A stretch of 63,522 nucleotides of DNA, the filler included, from Reclinomonas americana ATCC 50394 (lineage: Eukaryota): assembly GCA_048213135.1 (NCBI GenBank). It is 11 parts of 11 records of this genome, joined end to end, with 100 filler letters (N's around TTAATTAATTAA, not from the genome) between each part and the next. Parts side by side here need not be neighbours in the genome. Positions count along the whole stretch, not along the records: positions 42,213 to 59,409 come from PS016073.1; positions 59,510 to 61,121 come from PS016075.1; positions 61,222 to 63,522 come from AFZH01016645.1; 8 more parts are not named here. One strand, given 5' to 3'. The notes beneath the pieces were generated by a model. The model saw nothing but the letters and a program-made list of their open reading frames with translations, was not told the DNA's origin and searched no databases. Each line of letters starts with the position of its first letter. The first letter of the stretch is position 1. Positions 51,201-63,522 of the stretch are shown one piece after another. A program made the position numbers and the translations under genes.

Positions 51201-54200
51201 GTGCGGCACAACCGTGCGAACCAGAAGTGGTGTGCGTCGCACCTCGAGTTGTTCATGAAGCATTTGCGGTGAGTCAAACGCTGAAGTTAGTTACATTTGC
51301 TCTGACAGCAAGTTGTCTCAATGCATGTGGTTCGGTAGGTTCTTTGATCCGGAAGAGCAGAGTCCGAAGCGCGCGGAGAAGGCGAAATTGCATCGTACCG
51401 TGGTGCGCTTCCTCACTGAGCTCCACGAGAACAATCACGCACTGTGCCATGGAGCCCCCAAGGAATACGTGGCCGATATTCTTGGTCTCATTATCAAGTA
51501 CGGTCGCCACGAGCGCTACTTGAAGATGCTCTCTGTGTTGCTGGAGCCCAGTGGACAAATCATGCCCGACAAGCAGCAGCAGGTCATGGATCTGTTGCTG
51601 GAGCACAACGCGTACGAATTGCTGCCGTTCATGTTGCGTCACTGCCGTGCCTCTGTTTGTTCAGCTGCCTGCCGATATCTTATTTCACTCGTTATTCTGG
51701 ACACAGTGTTCGATCTCGGCGAAATCTTGATGCCGGTGGAGAGGACGAGTATGATGACAGCGAGAGCGGTCCTGGGGCACAAGAGGAAGACGACGAAGAC
51801 AATGCCTTGGTGGAAGACAATGCCGACGACTTTGATGGCGACGACGGTCCGTTTGAGGACGACGAGTACCATTCATCGACGGAGCAACTGTACGACTACA
51901 GCCTCGCTGCTTTCAAGATGCTTACTCAGTGCGCCAAAGGAAAGCAGAGAACACACATGGTCTGTCCGTCCTTGAAGTGTTTCTTGCGGTGCGTTATTGT
52001 GCATCACCGATTCGTTTCGTGTCGCCACCGCAGGCCGAGACCATGTGTCAGAGTTTGCTCCCTTTCCAAAAGGCTTTCGAGTTGCGCCAATACTTTGGTG
52101 ACGGGCCAGTGTTTGATTTCGTGTACGAGGTCTACGTCAACACGGAGCTGCGAGCAAATGCCGTGAAGCCCAGCGATTATCACCAGTTTTTGGAACTGGT
52201 GGGGGACGACTTGTTGAGGGTGATGGTCAACAATTTGTCGTCGGATGCCGTCAATCCAGGAGACGTAGATGTCGACGGTTCGCTTCCTCCCGTGCTCGCA
52301 GTTACACGCACTTTCTCCTCATGTTTGTCTTTAATGCTCTGTAGTTGACCCTGATGAAGCCGGCGAGTCCTCTGTGCGTGAGGCGTTTGAGCAACACTGG
52401 GAAGCCTCGTGTAAGGATCGAAAGGAACATTTGGAAAGTATTTTCCTTCATTATGTACCTGTTCTCGTCGGTGGCCTCGAATCACCGTTGGCTACGTATC
52501 ACAACGATTTCCTGGATGGCAATCCGTTGCGTTCTATGACATGGCGACGTTAATCGTCTTTGCTCCTCTCTCTTATTTGCACATGCGTTCTCTCGTACAG
52601 GCAAGAAAGAAGTCGGCTGTCGAACTTGGCTGGCGATCTCCTGCGCGTGGTCAGAAACTGTTCCACTGACCGCTGGGTCAAGGAGGCCGAGGAGCTGCGG
52701 AAGGCTTACCAACTCGGCAGCGGAAATCCTGACGAGGGCTCCGCTCATGACACGGTGACAGCCTCGCAGCAAGGGTCCGGCGGGCATCGTGACCCAAGTC
52801 GGGCTTTGTCCTCACCGACCTCGCCGACGCGGGAGACGACGCTGGACTTTGAATTTGGCGTGGCAGTCGACGACATGACCACCGACGATTTCAGTGACGA
52901 AGAAGAGATGGAGGACGCGCTGCTGGACAAGACTAAGTCGCCATCGAGTCCGCAACATCGCCCGTCGTCGGCGACTCGTGGAGGCCCTCACAGTCGACGA
53001 GCCAAGAAGTCATGCTGCGGATGGCTGTGTTGTGGATGTACTCGATGCTGTGCTGCGGACGACGCCGACGACAATGGTCGCGCGGGTGCTCCATCGGCAC
53101 CCACCAAGGCAGCGGCGCTTGCCAAGCACGTCAAGCAGTTGCGTCTCTTTAGGTGCCCGTCGCTCAATTCGTCGACTGTATTTGACACTGGTCGTGCCTG
53201 TGAGCAGTGAGTACTTTGAGTTTGAGCGTGAGCAGCTATCGGCTTGCTTCCTTGAGCACGACGACGAGGCACGCCGCCGGCGCGCGGCGGTCAATCGCCC
53301 TTCGCTCTTCCGACGGATCTTTTGCTGTGGCCGTGCCAGAGGCAAGGCGGATTTCCATCACCAGTCGTTCGAGGCCCGCCGACTCAGCAACAAGCACGTT
53401 CGCTATTTGTACCTCGTCCTCGCGCCAGCGTTGCGTTCTTTCCTCGCTCGTGTTCGTGATTGAATCCATCTCTCAACCAATGCCCACTTACCACAGTACC
53501 ACGGAAGAAGGCCGCGATTCGAAGATCTACCATGAGCCGGTGATCAACAGCTTGCAGACGCTGACACGAGTGCTTGACGCCAATTACAAACTGGCCGTGC
53601 GTGAGCACAACCCGGACCCGAAGCCGCTGGTGGACAACCAAAACACCCTGTGTCAGCATGGATATGTGGGGCTGATGTTGCAGCTGCTGATCAGTTCCAC
53701 TGAGGAGGTCATGCAGCGTGCGCTCGAGTTTGCCATTGCCATGCTTCAGCGCGGCAATCGCCGAGTGCAGGAGGCTGTGCTAAACTTTTTCAGAACTCAT
53801 CACGATCACGGCTTTTTCCACTTTGTCCGGCAGCGCTTGCGTCGCACATCACTGGAACTGGCCGAGACGAGCCGGCACGAGGAGGCTGGCCAGGTCGGTC
53901 AGGAACAACGCCGTGAGATGCAGCGAGATCTTGTTACAACGGAGAAAATCCTGCGTCTGCTGCAATTGTTGTGCGAAGGCCACTTCCGACCGTTGCGTTT
54001 GCACCAGCAGAGATGTCGCGGGTGAGCAAGTGGCACTCACATTCTGCGGCGGTGCGCACAACAGGCTGCAGGATTATCTGCGCGAGCAGGCAGACTATTT
54101 GCACACTGTGGACCTCGTCAGTGAGACTGTGCAGTTTCTTGACGACACCGAGCGATTCATCAGATCTGGCAGTCTCACGTTGAGTATGGCTGACCAGACA

Positions 54201-56041
54201 TTCTGCACGCTGTCGGAGCTAGTGCAGGGCCCGTGCGTGGAGAATCAGGTGAGATGAGTGCTGCTGGAATGTGTGGCTAGAGTCGTTGTGAATGTCGACG
54301 ACTCATGTGCGTGTGCTTCAGAAACGACTTGCCACCTCAAAACTGTGCTTCGTCATCAACCGCATTCTTTTGCGTCACTTTGTGCCAGCGCTGGAGATTG
54401 AGCGCGACTTCCGCGCGATCGGTCGATTTGAAAGCGGCCGGGTTGAGCGGCAGCGTAACAACTACGAAGTGTTGATGCTTCTGGTGAGTGCGGCAGTACA
54501 TGGTGGTCATTGCAGTCCTGCACTTGTTTGTTCATGGTGTTGTGTTTGTGTGTCTGGCAGCGCAATGCACTGGTCTGCGTCAACAGTTTGATGGAGGGCG
54601 GACAGACGGTCGACGAGGATGTGTTGCACTCTGTGCTTGGCGGTTTCGATGTGCGTTACTGTCGATTTTACTTGCGGGGTATCGTTTGCTTCGGTCGTCG
54701 TAACCATCTCCCCCACGTCTGTTGTGTGCAGTTGCGCAATGTGCTCCGGTGCCATGACCTCATTGTGCAATATCTCGGCGGTCGTCTCAGTGACGGCGAC
54801 ACGTACGACCCAGTGCTGGACAAGCGCGTCACGTCGTTGACCACTGTGGTGTGTGTCACCTTTCAGCACTTGCGCGAGAAACGCTGTGTTGCTGAGGTTT
54901 CGTTGATATGTGTTCTGCGCAGCCGAACATGAGCAGCATCATGGCGGACGACATGGACTCGTCGATTGAGGAGAGCGATTCACCACACCATGCGCACCTC
55001 AAGATGCTCCGCACGCAGTTCGAGTTCGGCATGTTGTGCTACTTCCTGACGCGCCAACTCAAGACGCTGGACCCCAACTTCCTCTCGGACTCGGTGGTTC
55101 AGGTGCCGGATGATTTCGCGCTGTACCGACGGTACGCTGGTCACGTGGAAATTCTGCGTGACGATCAGCTGGAAGACGTGTACTATGTGATTCCCAACTC
55201 GGCCTTCTTCTTGCCCGAGTCGACCATGGAGAACTTCACGCTGTCTGTCAACCGTGACAGTGCGAGCGCGAAGATTGGTGGCCTGCTTTCCGAGTACCCC
55301 AAGTTCTTGCGCATCATGGATCACCAGGAGAAGCTGCAGCGCAGCTGGATCTTCCGACTCATTAACGGCTCAAAGAGCACGCTCAAGACGTTTACATTCA
55401 TGCTGGCCCTGGCCATCAATCTTATTCTTCTCCTGACGTCGGTGGTCACTGATCGCCCCACGGATGACACTGTGTTGCGTCTTCTGTCCATCGCTGCTGT
55501 TTCTCCGTTTCATGTCGCTCATCTAGAAGGTACAGCAACGTGGACTTCAATTCGGATGGTATCAGCGGACTGCTCCTCGCTCTCGGCATCTTGCAGCTCA
55601 TCACAGCATTTGCGATCTGTGAGTGACTTTTTGTGAGCCTGCCGCCGTTTGTGTGTCTGGTAGCTAATAGGCACTCTGCTTTACAGTATCGATCTACTCG
55701 ATCGGAGAAGCGTACACCACAATCTTAAATCGCTGGCCTACCAAGAAGCAGCGAAGGGTCTGTAATAGCTGTGTTCTTGTCTGTGAACGTTGTCGGACTA
55801 CTGACGCTTGTGGATGCACATTTGTAGGAATCGCGTTCGGAGCGTCTCTCGCAAGCCAAATGGCGGCGTCCCGATAATTCCACTGATTTTACGGCTGTCG
55901 ATGTGCATCCGTTCAGCCACCATCGATCCAAATGGTGGTTCAGCTTTGTGTTCCTCTGGTTCTTGTTCCGCGATAACACGTTTGTGTATCAGGTGCGTGT
56001 CTCTGTGTGTGCCGGCTGTCGCTGACGCAGTGTGTTAATAC

Positions 56042-56100
<59 letters not shown>

Positions 56101-57973
56101 ACGCGCAGTTGATGTATTTGATTGCCAGTATTCTTGGTCTCGCGGTGTCGCCGTTCTTCTACGCGTTGCGTTGTGATTACTGGACACTGCAGTGGGTGTG
56201 AGTGTTTGTGCCGGGCCTGACTGTCTCGATGCGCGATGCAGCTTCCACTTGTTCGACATTGTCACACGCTTCCCCGATTTGCGAAATGTGATTCGGTCGG
56301 TGACAAAGAACTGGGCTCCTCTGCTGCTGACGGTGCGGTGGCGTGCTTGTGTGCATTCCTGTTTTGCTCTCGCGACTTATCCTCGTTTGCTGTGTTTGTG
56401 CGTACGTGCAGTTTGGTGCGTGTGACACGGTTGTGTGTGCCTTCTCGTTCATACTCCCTAACATGCATGTGTACTTGTCTGCGTCTGGCGCACGTCGTGA
56501 TTGCAGCTCTCGGTGAGTGCATTTGTGATTCCTTGCCATCTTGTGCTGTTGTTGATCTCACTCGTCCTGTGTCACCTCACAGGTGTCTTTATCGTCTACG
56601 ACTTTTCGGTTTCGTCTCACTGTCCCCTGTGTATGTGTCGCTGTTGTGTTGTTCCAACGCCCTCTGTGCAGATTTTCGCCTACTTGTTCTACAACTACGA
56701 GTTCCAGCTGAATCCCGACAACGCAATCCCGAACAGTCCCACTTTCCTGTGCGACTCGTTCATCTCGTGCTTCTTCTACTATTTCAACTTTGGGTGCGTC
56801 GTGTTCCGTCCCGCTCTTCTGTTGTTTGTCACTCCCCTTCTCACGTCATCATTCATTGTTCGCACGATGCAGACTGCGAGGCGGGTCACAGTTCGAGGTA
56901 AATTGCACAGAGAGTCTGATGTGGGTACATGTCGTGAACTGATCCCTTTTTTGCGTGCACACAGTCGTTCTTCAAGACGGATGCCTCCGTTGGCCGCGTG
57001 TTCTTCGACCTGCTGTTCTTCTGTTCCGTCCATGTTTGTTTGCTTGTTTCTGCGACCTCGATCCCACACGTGCTGACACGCTTTTCGCTTGCCGCGCAGT
57101 CATCATCATCACGGTGACACTGAACCTCATCTTCGGTGCGTGCCTGTCGGCTGCAATCAGTGAATCCACGGTAGCGTACGCATGCTCACCGTTGCGACAG
57201 GTATCATTCTCGACACGTTTGGCGACTTGCGTAACGAGAAGGAGAAGCGCGAGGAGGATCACGGTAACAAGTGTTTCATTTGCAACCGTGGAAGGACAGA
57301 CTTTGAGCGATCCGGCAACGGTACGCCGTGTACTGCTGCTGCTGCTGCTGCTGCTGCTGGTTGTGTGACGTTGATGGCAATGACTTTTGTTGTCTCCTCC
57401 ACTCACAGGCTTCGAGAACCACATCTACGAGCAGCACAATATGTGGGCCTACGTATTCTTCCTGGTTCGTGCGCGTGCTTGCATCAAGTGTGGTATGCCT
57501 GCTGACTGCGTTCATGCACCGCAGGTGTATCTGACCAAGAAGGACTACACCGACCTCAGCGGCACCGAGCAGTACGTGCTGGAACTGGTGAGGACAACGC
57601 TGTCTCGCCTTGGGTTTGAAGCTGCCACTTCTGTGCTGCTAACACACAGTGAGACACGCAGGCGCGCACCAACGACCACTCGTTCTTCCCCATCGATAGA
57701 GCCATTGTGCTCGAGCGAGCGGCGAACGACGCCAAGCCGGACGCGTCCGGCACGGGTCTGCTGTCGGCACTGGGTCTGTCGGGCGTCGCCGGCTCGAGTG
57801 GCTCGGGCTCATCGTCGGACCCCAACGCTGACACGCAGCTGGTCGAGCAACTCAGTCGCTACAGTGCCCCGCAGCTTCTGCGCTCCGTCCGAGCCATTTC
57901 GCTCGCTCTCGACAAGAAGTACGAGGCTGCCGCAGCAGCCGCAGCGGCAGCGGCCAGCAGTGGTGGCGACTAA
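42215..57973 (+). CDS. Inositol 1,4,5-trisphosphate receptor / RyR-family Ca2+ release channel with an inserted WD40 block; ~50 introns, 5' end cut by gap
   Basis: Suppressor domain (LQYGDVIYL..GYLSTHG..AMFRVMP / IRFGDAVQFKH..FYIE..GDAIRMGD), MIR (GDVLYLHH, WEVE, IRLKHVATGRYL), RIH regions, RIH_assoc (RLLQLLCEGH..LQDYLREQ, LSELVQGPCVENQ), TM region ([43 protein letters not shown]), Zn finger CFIC..H..HNMW. Confidence 0.93.
42883..46042 (+). repeat. ~21 divergent WD40 repeats within a single 3.8-kb exon of the channel
   Basis: GH..WD/WS units such as GHTDWVRSVCISADNTRAFSGSDDRHIRMWS and GHTDSVNCVVLTQDGRYMISGSDDCAVRIWS; count made by eye. Confidence 0.85.
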
Positions 57974-58458
57974 ACGAGCCTTTGTAAAACTCATATCCAT
58001 CCAGTTTTGATTTGACTGCTGTGCAACCCACAACCGATCTTCACCACGCACCACACTCGCACACTTGAAGCCGGCATGCGTCACATGTTTACAATACTGT
58101 GTAGTGACCACCGAGAGACGGTCAGCTTCCCCCAGGGCATGGACGGGATTTTCTTCGACTCTGCAGCGATGCGTGAGGCGAACTACACGTTTCGGCGTTT
58201 TGGTCTCAGAGACCACGCTGTTTTTTTTTCTTTCTTTCTTTCACCATGGTGGTGTTCGTTGCCTTTGCTTTCTCACCGCGCGGTCTTTCTCCGCCTCCCG
58301 CACAGCTGCTTCATCTATCTTGTGAGAGCCGCAGACAATTGTTTGTCCTCATCCATTCTCCTTGTCACTCTCTCTTGCGAGCGCGTTCACACCCCGCCCG
58401 CCTTCTCTCTCTTGTTTGCTTGTGTATACGTGTGTGTGTCTGAGTGGTGATCAGCGGC

Positions 58459-59409
58459 ATGAGGACGTCAGTGACTGTGGCACTGACGGTGGTGAGCCTC
58501 GTTGTGGTGGCGACGGTGATGATGATGAGTGAGCAGGCAGAGGCCAAGGGTCAAGACTATTACACACTGTTGGGAGTCAAGCGCGGTGCAACGCCCGCGC
58601 AGATCAAGGTGAGCCGAGTGCAATTTGGTTTGCGTGCGAGTGACGCGTGTCACTTGCACGTCATCATCATCGTCATGTTCACTCCCACCTCATCACGATT
58701 GCACGGAGTAAGACGATGTGCATCACGTGTGTATGAGACAGAGAGTGTGCGTGAGAGGGAGAGAGGGAGAGAGAAGTTGGGAAAGGCAAGGCATGGCGGG
58801 CATGTCAAGTCACTGACTCTCTCTCCGTCACTGTCTCTCTTTTGCACGCAGCGATCATATCGTAAGATGGCGTCCAAGATGCACCCGGATCTGCATCCGG
58901 GCGACAAGAAGGCGGAGGAGGTGTGGATGGAGATCACTCGTGCGTACGAGGTGTTGTCGGACGCGCGACAGCGTGAGATTTACGATCAGCAGTTGCGCGA
59001 CGAGTGTGGCGACCATGAGCGACGACGAAAAAAAGCGACTCACACTCTCATGTGCGCGCCACACACAGTGGCGAGGAGGGCGTGAATCAGTCGGGTCACC
59101 AGCAGCAGCAGCAGGGCGCCACCATCAAGTTGCGTTCTCGGTTTCAGTTGTCACTGTCAGCGTCGTGCGTGTATTGACTTTGGCGCTTGTCGACGTGCAG
59201 TTTCGGTGGTCCCGGTGGCTTCACCATCAACTTTGGCGGCCCCAACGACGGCGAAGACAAGTACGAGGTGCCGAAGGGACCCGATCTGGTGATGGACTTG
59301 CCGATCAGCCTGCGCGATCTGTATCTGGGTCGTGAGTTGGAGGTGCGTCGCCAATGCCAGTGTGCGCGGAAAGAGTGTGTGAGAATGACGGCTTGTCGCT
59401 GCGTAGATT
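58459..59409 (+). CDS. DNAJB11: ER-luminal DnaJ protein (ERdj3/DNAJB11-like), 3' end cut by gap
   Basis: Signal peptide, DYYTLLGV, HPD, AYEVLSD..YDQHGEEG, G/F region, PKGPDLVMDLPISLRDLYLG. Confidence 0.82.
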
Positions 59410-59509
59410 NNNNNNNNNNNNNNNNNNNNNNNNNNNNNNNNNNNNNNNNNNNNTTAATTAATTAANNNNNNNNNNNNNNNNNNNNNNNNNNNNNNNNNNN
59501 NNNNNNNNN

Positions 59510-61054
59510 GCGCAGCAGCGCCAGTCGCTCCCACGGGCACTCACTGAGGAAGCGCAGAGCGACATCAAAAGTAGCACCGCCCCACATCTCCAAGCTGTAG
59601 CAGTTGTGCAGCGCTGGCGACACAAGAACGATGAGTTGTGAAATGAACTCTCAATCGAAAAGTTCACAACTCACCATGTGCTGTCCACGGTGCCACGGTC
59701 AGCAGGTCACGAGTGCGCACACGAGTGGCCAGCAGCGACTGGAGAGCACGGCTGGTGAGCAGTGCAAGAGGAGGAGAACAAGTTGCGTGTGCGTGCGAGA
59801 CCGCACCTGATGAGCATCGCGGAAGGTGGTGTCGGTGAGCAGCAGATGCGATGTCTTGCGTACGGCACGAGCGAATCCCTCCGGGCCCTCACGCTCCAGC
59901 ACCTGCTTGAGGCCGGTCGGCGGCTTGTTGGCAAACGGATCGACAAAGGACGGCAGCACAGGATCGCTCTTGGAGGGCTTCAGATCGGTGCCGAGTGGAG
60001 TGGTGACACCATTGACCACCACGTTGGCCAGGTAGGTCACCAGCTTGTGAGCGCGGTTCTGCGACGTCTTGACGTGCAGCAGCTCCGGCGTCTCGGCAAT
60101 GAAGCTCGTGTCCACGTGACCCTTGATGAACTGCGCGCATGAAAAACTTGTCAGATGCCGAGCAGATGGGAAAAGAAGGGGGAAGGACACAAAGGCGCAC
60201 AGTGGGGTGGCTGAGCACATTGAGCAGGAACGGAATGTTGGTCTTGACGCCACGGATGCGATACTGCACAACAGATGGGATCAGCTCACGCGCGTGACAT
60301 CACAAAAAAACAATGTGTCACGTCTTGTGGTCACCTCGACGAGTGCACGATGCAGCTTGGCGGCGGCCATCTCCAGTGTCGACGCATGACTAATGACCTT
60401 GCACAGCAGCGAATCGTAGTACGGTGAGATGATCGCACCGGCGTAGCCGTTGGAGTCGATGCGGATGCCCATGCCCTCTGCCAGTGCATCGTTAATTGTA
60501 ACAAGACAAGTATGCGTGAAAAACAGAGAGTGGGGGATGCGTACCAGCCGGACGGAATACCTCCAGGCGACCCGTGTCGGGACGGAAATTGGCCTCGGGA
60601 TCCTCGGTGGTGACGCGCACTTGGATGGCGTGCCCATGGAGCGTGACCTTGTCCTGCGTCACACCCAGCTCGGCCAGTGTGTAGCCCTCGGCGATGCGGA
60701 TCTGCGTCTGCACAATGTCGATTCCAGTGACTTCCTCGGTGACCTACACACACATGCTCCTCAGTGAGTACAGAGACTCGCGAGCGCAAGAGAGCACAAT
60801 CACAGTTAACACACCGTGTGCTCGACTTGGAGTCGGGGGTTCACCTGTGGTGCACAGATCAATACAAACGAGAGAGAGAGAGACTATTGTTGATCAAACG
60901 CACTTCCATAAAGTAGTGATTCCCGCTTTGGTCGACGAGGAACTCGACGGTGCCAGCATTGCGGTAGCCGACAAACTTGGCCAATTTCACCGCGTCGTTG
61001 GTGATGCTCTGGCGAATCTTGTCGGGCAGATCGGGGGCCGGGGCCAGCTCGACC

Positions 61055-61086
<32 letters not shown>

Positions 61087-62532
61087 GCGCTCGAACAGAT
61101 GTGCTGCGTGCCAGCCAAGTANNNNNNNNNNNNNNNNNNNNNNNNNNNNNNNNNNNNNNNNNNNNTTAATTAATTAANNNNNNNNNNNNNNNNNNNNNNN
61201 NNNNNNNNNNNNNNNNNNNNNCATCAGCATCGATCGCCACCACATGCATGTCAAACAGACTGACAGTGCAGGTGCACGCAACTCACAGCGCCGGTGCGAT
61301 CCGCGAGGATTTGCACCTCAATGTGGCGCGGGCGCTCAATGAACTTCTCCACAAACATGGAGCCGTCGCCGAATGCCTGCTTGGCCTCCGAGGATGCACG
61401 ATTGAATTGCTCCGGCAGCTCCTCCTTGTCGCGCACGACACGCATGCCGCGGCCGCCGCCACCCGCAAGCGCCTTGAGCATCACCGGGAAACCAATCTTC
61501 TCCGCCAGCGACACAGCCTCGTCTACCGAGGCCACTGCCTTGTTGCTGCCGGGCGACACTGGAATGCCAGCGGCCTTGGCGGTCTCCTTGGCCACGGTCT
61601 TGAAGCCCATCTTCTCGAGAATGTCCGGCGGCGGGCCGACAAACGTGACGCCACGACGGCGGCACTCCTCTGCCATGCGCGGGTTCTCCGACAGGAAGCC
61701 GTAGCCGGGATGGATCTGTGTCGAAGGTAAAGAGTCAGCTCACAGCGTGGCGCTCACGCACAGCTGTGTGACAAAGACGCACCGCCTGGCAGCCAGTGCG
61801 CACAGCCACATCGACGATCTGCGACAAGGGATCAGACACTGCGGATGATGCACTCTCAAGTGCAATGCCAGCGACACACCTCAGGAATGTTGAGGTAGGC
61901 ACCGATCGGCGTCTGACCCTTGCCAATCAGATACGACTCATCGGCCTGCGACGAGGGTGTGTCGATCAGCACCAGCTTTTCGGGACATCTCATGACGGAA
62001 TGATGAAGAAAGACAAGTGGAGATAGAGAGACAGAGGCGCACACTCATACAGAGACACACGGTGAGAGCAACGCGCACATAGCGCACGAGCAGAGAACAC
62101 AGAAAGCGACGCAAAACACAAAGATTCCCTCTCACTTTTCGAACAGCGCATGATAGTGTGCCTTTCTCTCTGTGCGTGCGTGTGTCTTGACTGACCTTGG
62201 TGCGGTGCATGGTGGTGCTGTCCTCCTGCGAGTACACGCCCACAGTGCGGATGCCGAGCTCTGCACACGCGCGGAAGATGCGAGTGGCAATCTCACCACT
62301 GTTCGTCACAATCGCATCTTAGTAACAGAAAGAGAGCGAGAGAGGCAGCAAGTGTGTGTGTGTGTGTGAGCGAGAGAGTGAGCGTGTGTGTGACTCACCG
62401 ATTGGCCACGAGCAGCTTGGTGATTGGGCGGATGACGGCGGGATCGGCGGCCTTGGGCGCGGTGATGAATCGGCGCTGCTCGCCACCGCGGAGGAGCACA
62501 TTGGTGCCCGCGCGACGTGCAAGGAGCAGCAT
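59510..62532 (-). CDS. PC: Pyruvate carboxylase with mitochondrial presequence; 5' half, spans a gap
   Basis: [78 protein letters not shown]. Confidence 0.95.
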
Positions 62533-62997
62533 GGAAGGCGGTTCTCCTTATATGTGTGTCTGTGTGCGCGCGCGCGAAACACGACGGACGGAGTTGAGAG
62601 AAGGCGATGATCACCGACCCAACCAACGCCGATGATTGAGTTGTCGGCGGGGAAATTGCAAAGCGCGTGCCTTTGTTATTCCGGTTTTCTTCTGTAAAGT
62701 GGCCATGATCGTCGCGTGTCTTGGGTGGACATGACATGAGCGATTGAATGCGCGCTGCTTCCTGGACTGAGTGTCGCTGCAGATTTCCGAGGCGAGAAGC
62801 GCGCGAAACGTGACCGTTGCCACGTTACATTGCATTGGTCGCGCACCGAAAAGAAAGTTGTCGCTGTCCGCGTGAGAGGAGAGAGAGACCTGACAAGGTG
62901 TGTGTGCGTGTGTGTGTGTGTGCGTTGCTCGACTTGCCCTTTCTCTCTTCCGTGAGCGCGCTCACTGTGTGTGGATGATGGGCAGGCGAGTGGACTG

Positions 62998-63522
62998 ATG
63001 AAGCGTGCGCTGATTGTTGTTTTCTTGTTGGTGTGTGTGGCGGTGCTGGTGGCTGCCGCGTCGCCGGGCCTGCGCGGCAACTTGGCGGCTAGTGATGAGG
63101 CAATCGACAGCATGCTAAGCGCGATGCAGGAGGAGTGCGCAGGTGATTTCTCTCTCTCTCATTGAATTTCCGACGCTGTTGCGCGCGAAAATGGTTGCGG
63201 AGGGCGCGAAAGTGTAAAACAGTAGACTTACGCTGTTTGTTGGTGTCGTCGTGCTCGTATGCAGACTGCGAGACAGGACCTGAGCCGAGCGACGAGGATT
63301 TTGAGAACGGCATCGTTGTGAGCGACGATCCACTGGATGAGGTGCTTGGCGAAGTGACACCACTGATCACCGCGCCTGGGCCTGTCATCTCTGGCCCTGG
63401 CATTCTGTCGGCTGGCACCGCCTCGGCCTCTGGCACCTGCAGCCCGGCTTGCGACTCGAACCAGTACTGCCTGAAGGGACAGTGCATCGACAACACCGTC
63501 GTCGAGCAGCTCCTGGCCACCG
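62998..63522 (+). CDS. Secreted protein, acidic N-terminus and Cys-rich module; truncated by window end
   Basis: Signal peptide MKRALIVVFLLVCVAVLVAAA; intron ~63143-63263; CSPACDSNQYCLKGQC. Confidence 0.6.

Noticed and set aside
51633..51639. Reading GTTGCG sites as non-canonical G|TT donors or U12 introns
   Set aside because: GT-AG placement keeps frame and gives better residues (e.g. TINFGG in DnaJ); no GTATCCTT U12 signature
58010..58440. Possible small minus-strand gene between the channel and DnaJ
   Set aside because: No consistent start/exon model or recognisable motif

Overview
Intron-rich eukaryotic genomic DNA, most likely a heterotrophic protist (lineage not identifiable from the sequence). 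It uses the standard code and has mostly 55-100 nt GT-AG introns, microexons and CA/GA microsatellites. Contigs are joined by an artificial N-TTAATTAATTAA-N spacer, and genes that run across these joins suggest true scaffold order. All gene models were spliced by hand from motifs. Housekeeping genes: GINS2, La, Spinster-like MFS, ALDH22-like, DCC1-like, ERdj3, pyruvate carboxylase, two glycosyltransferases, D-glutamate cyclase-like and a CMGC kinase. Standout items: (1) a complete IP3-receptor-type Ca2+ channel (42215-57973) with an intronless ~1,050-aa block of ~21 WD40 repeats inserted inside its suppressor domain, a partly lost IP3-binding site and a rewritten pore filter; (2) an NLR-like ubiquitin-like/caspase/NACHT/pentapeptide/WD40 gene with two frameshifts; (3) an ankyrin/coiled-coil/IRAK-Pelle-RLK-type kinase; (4) a tandem-RBX1-RING protein; (5) a frequent shifted 5' splice-site class (GTTGCG) and 4-6 nt microexons.
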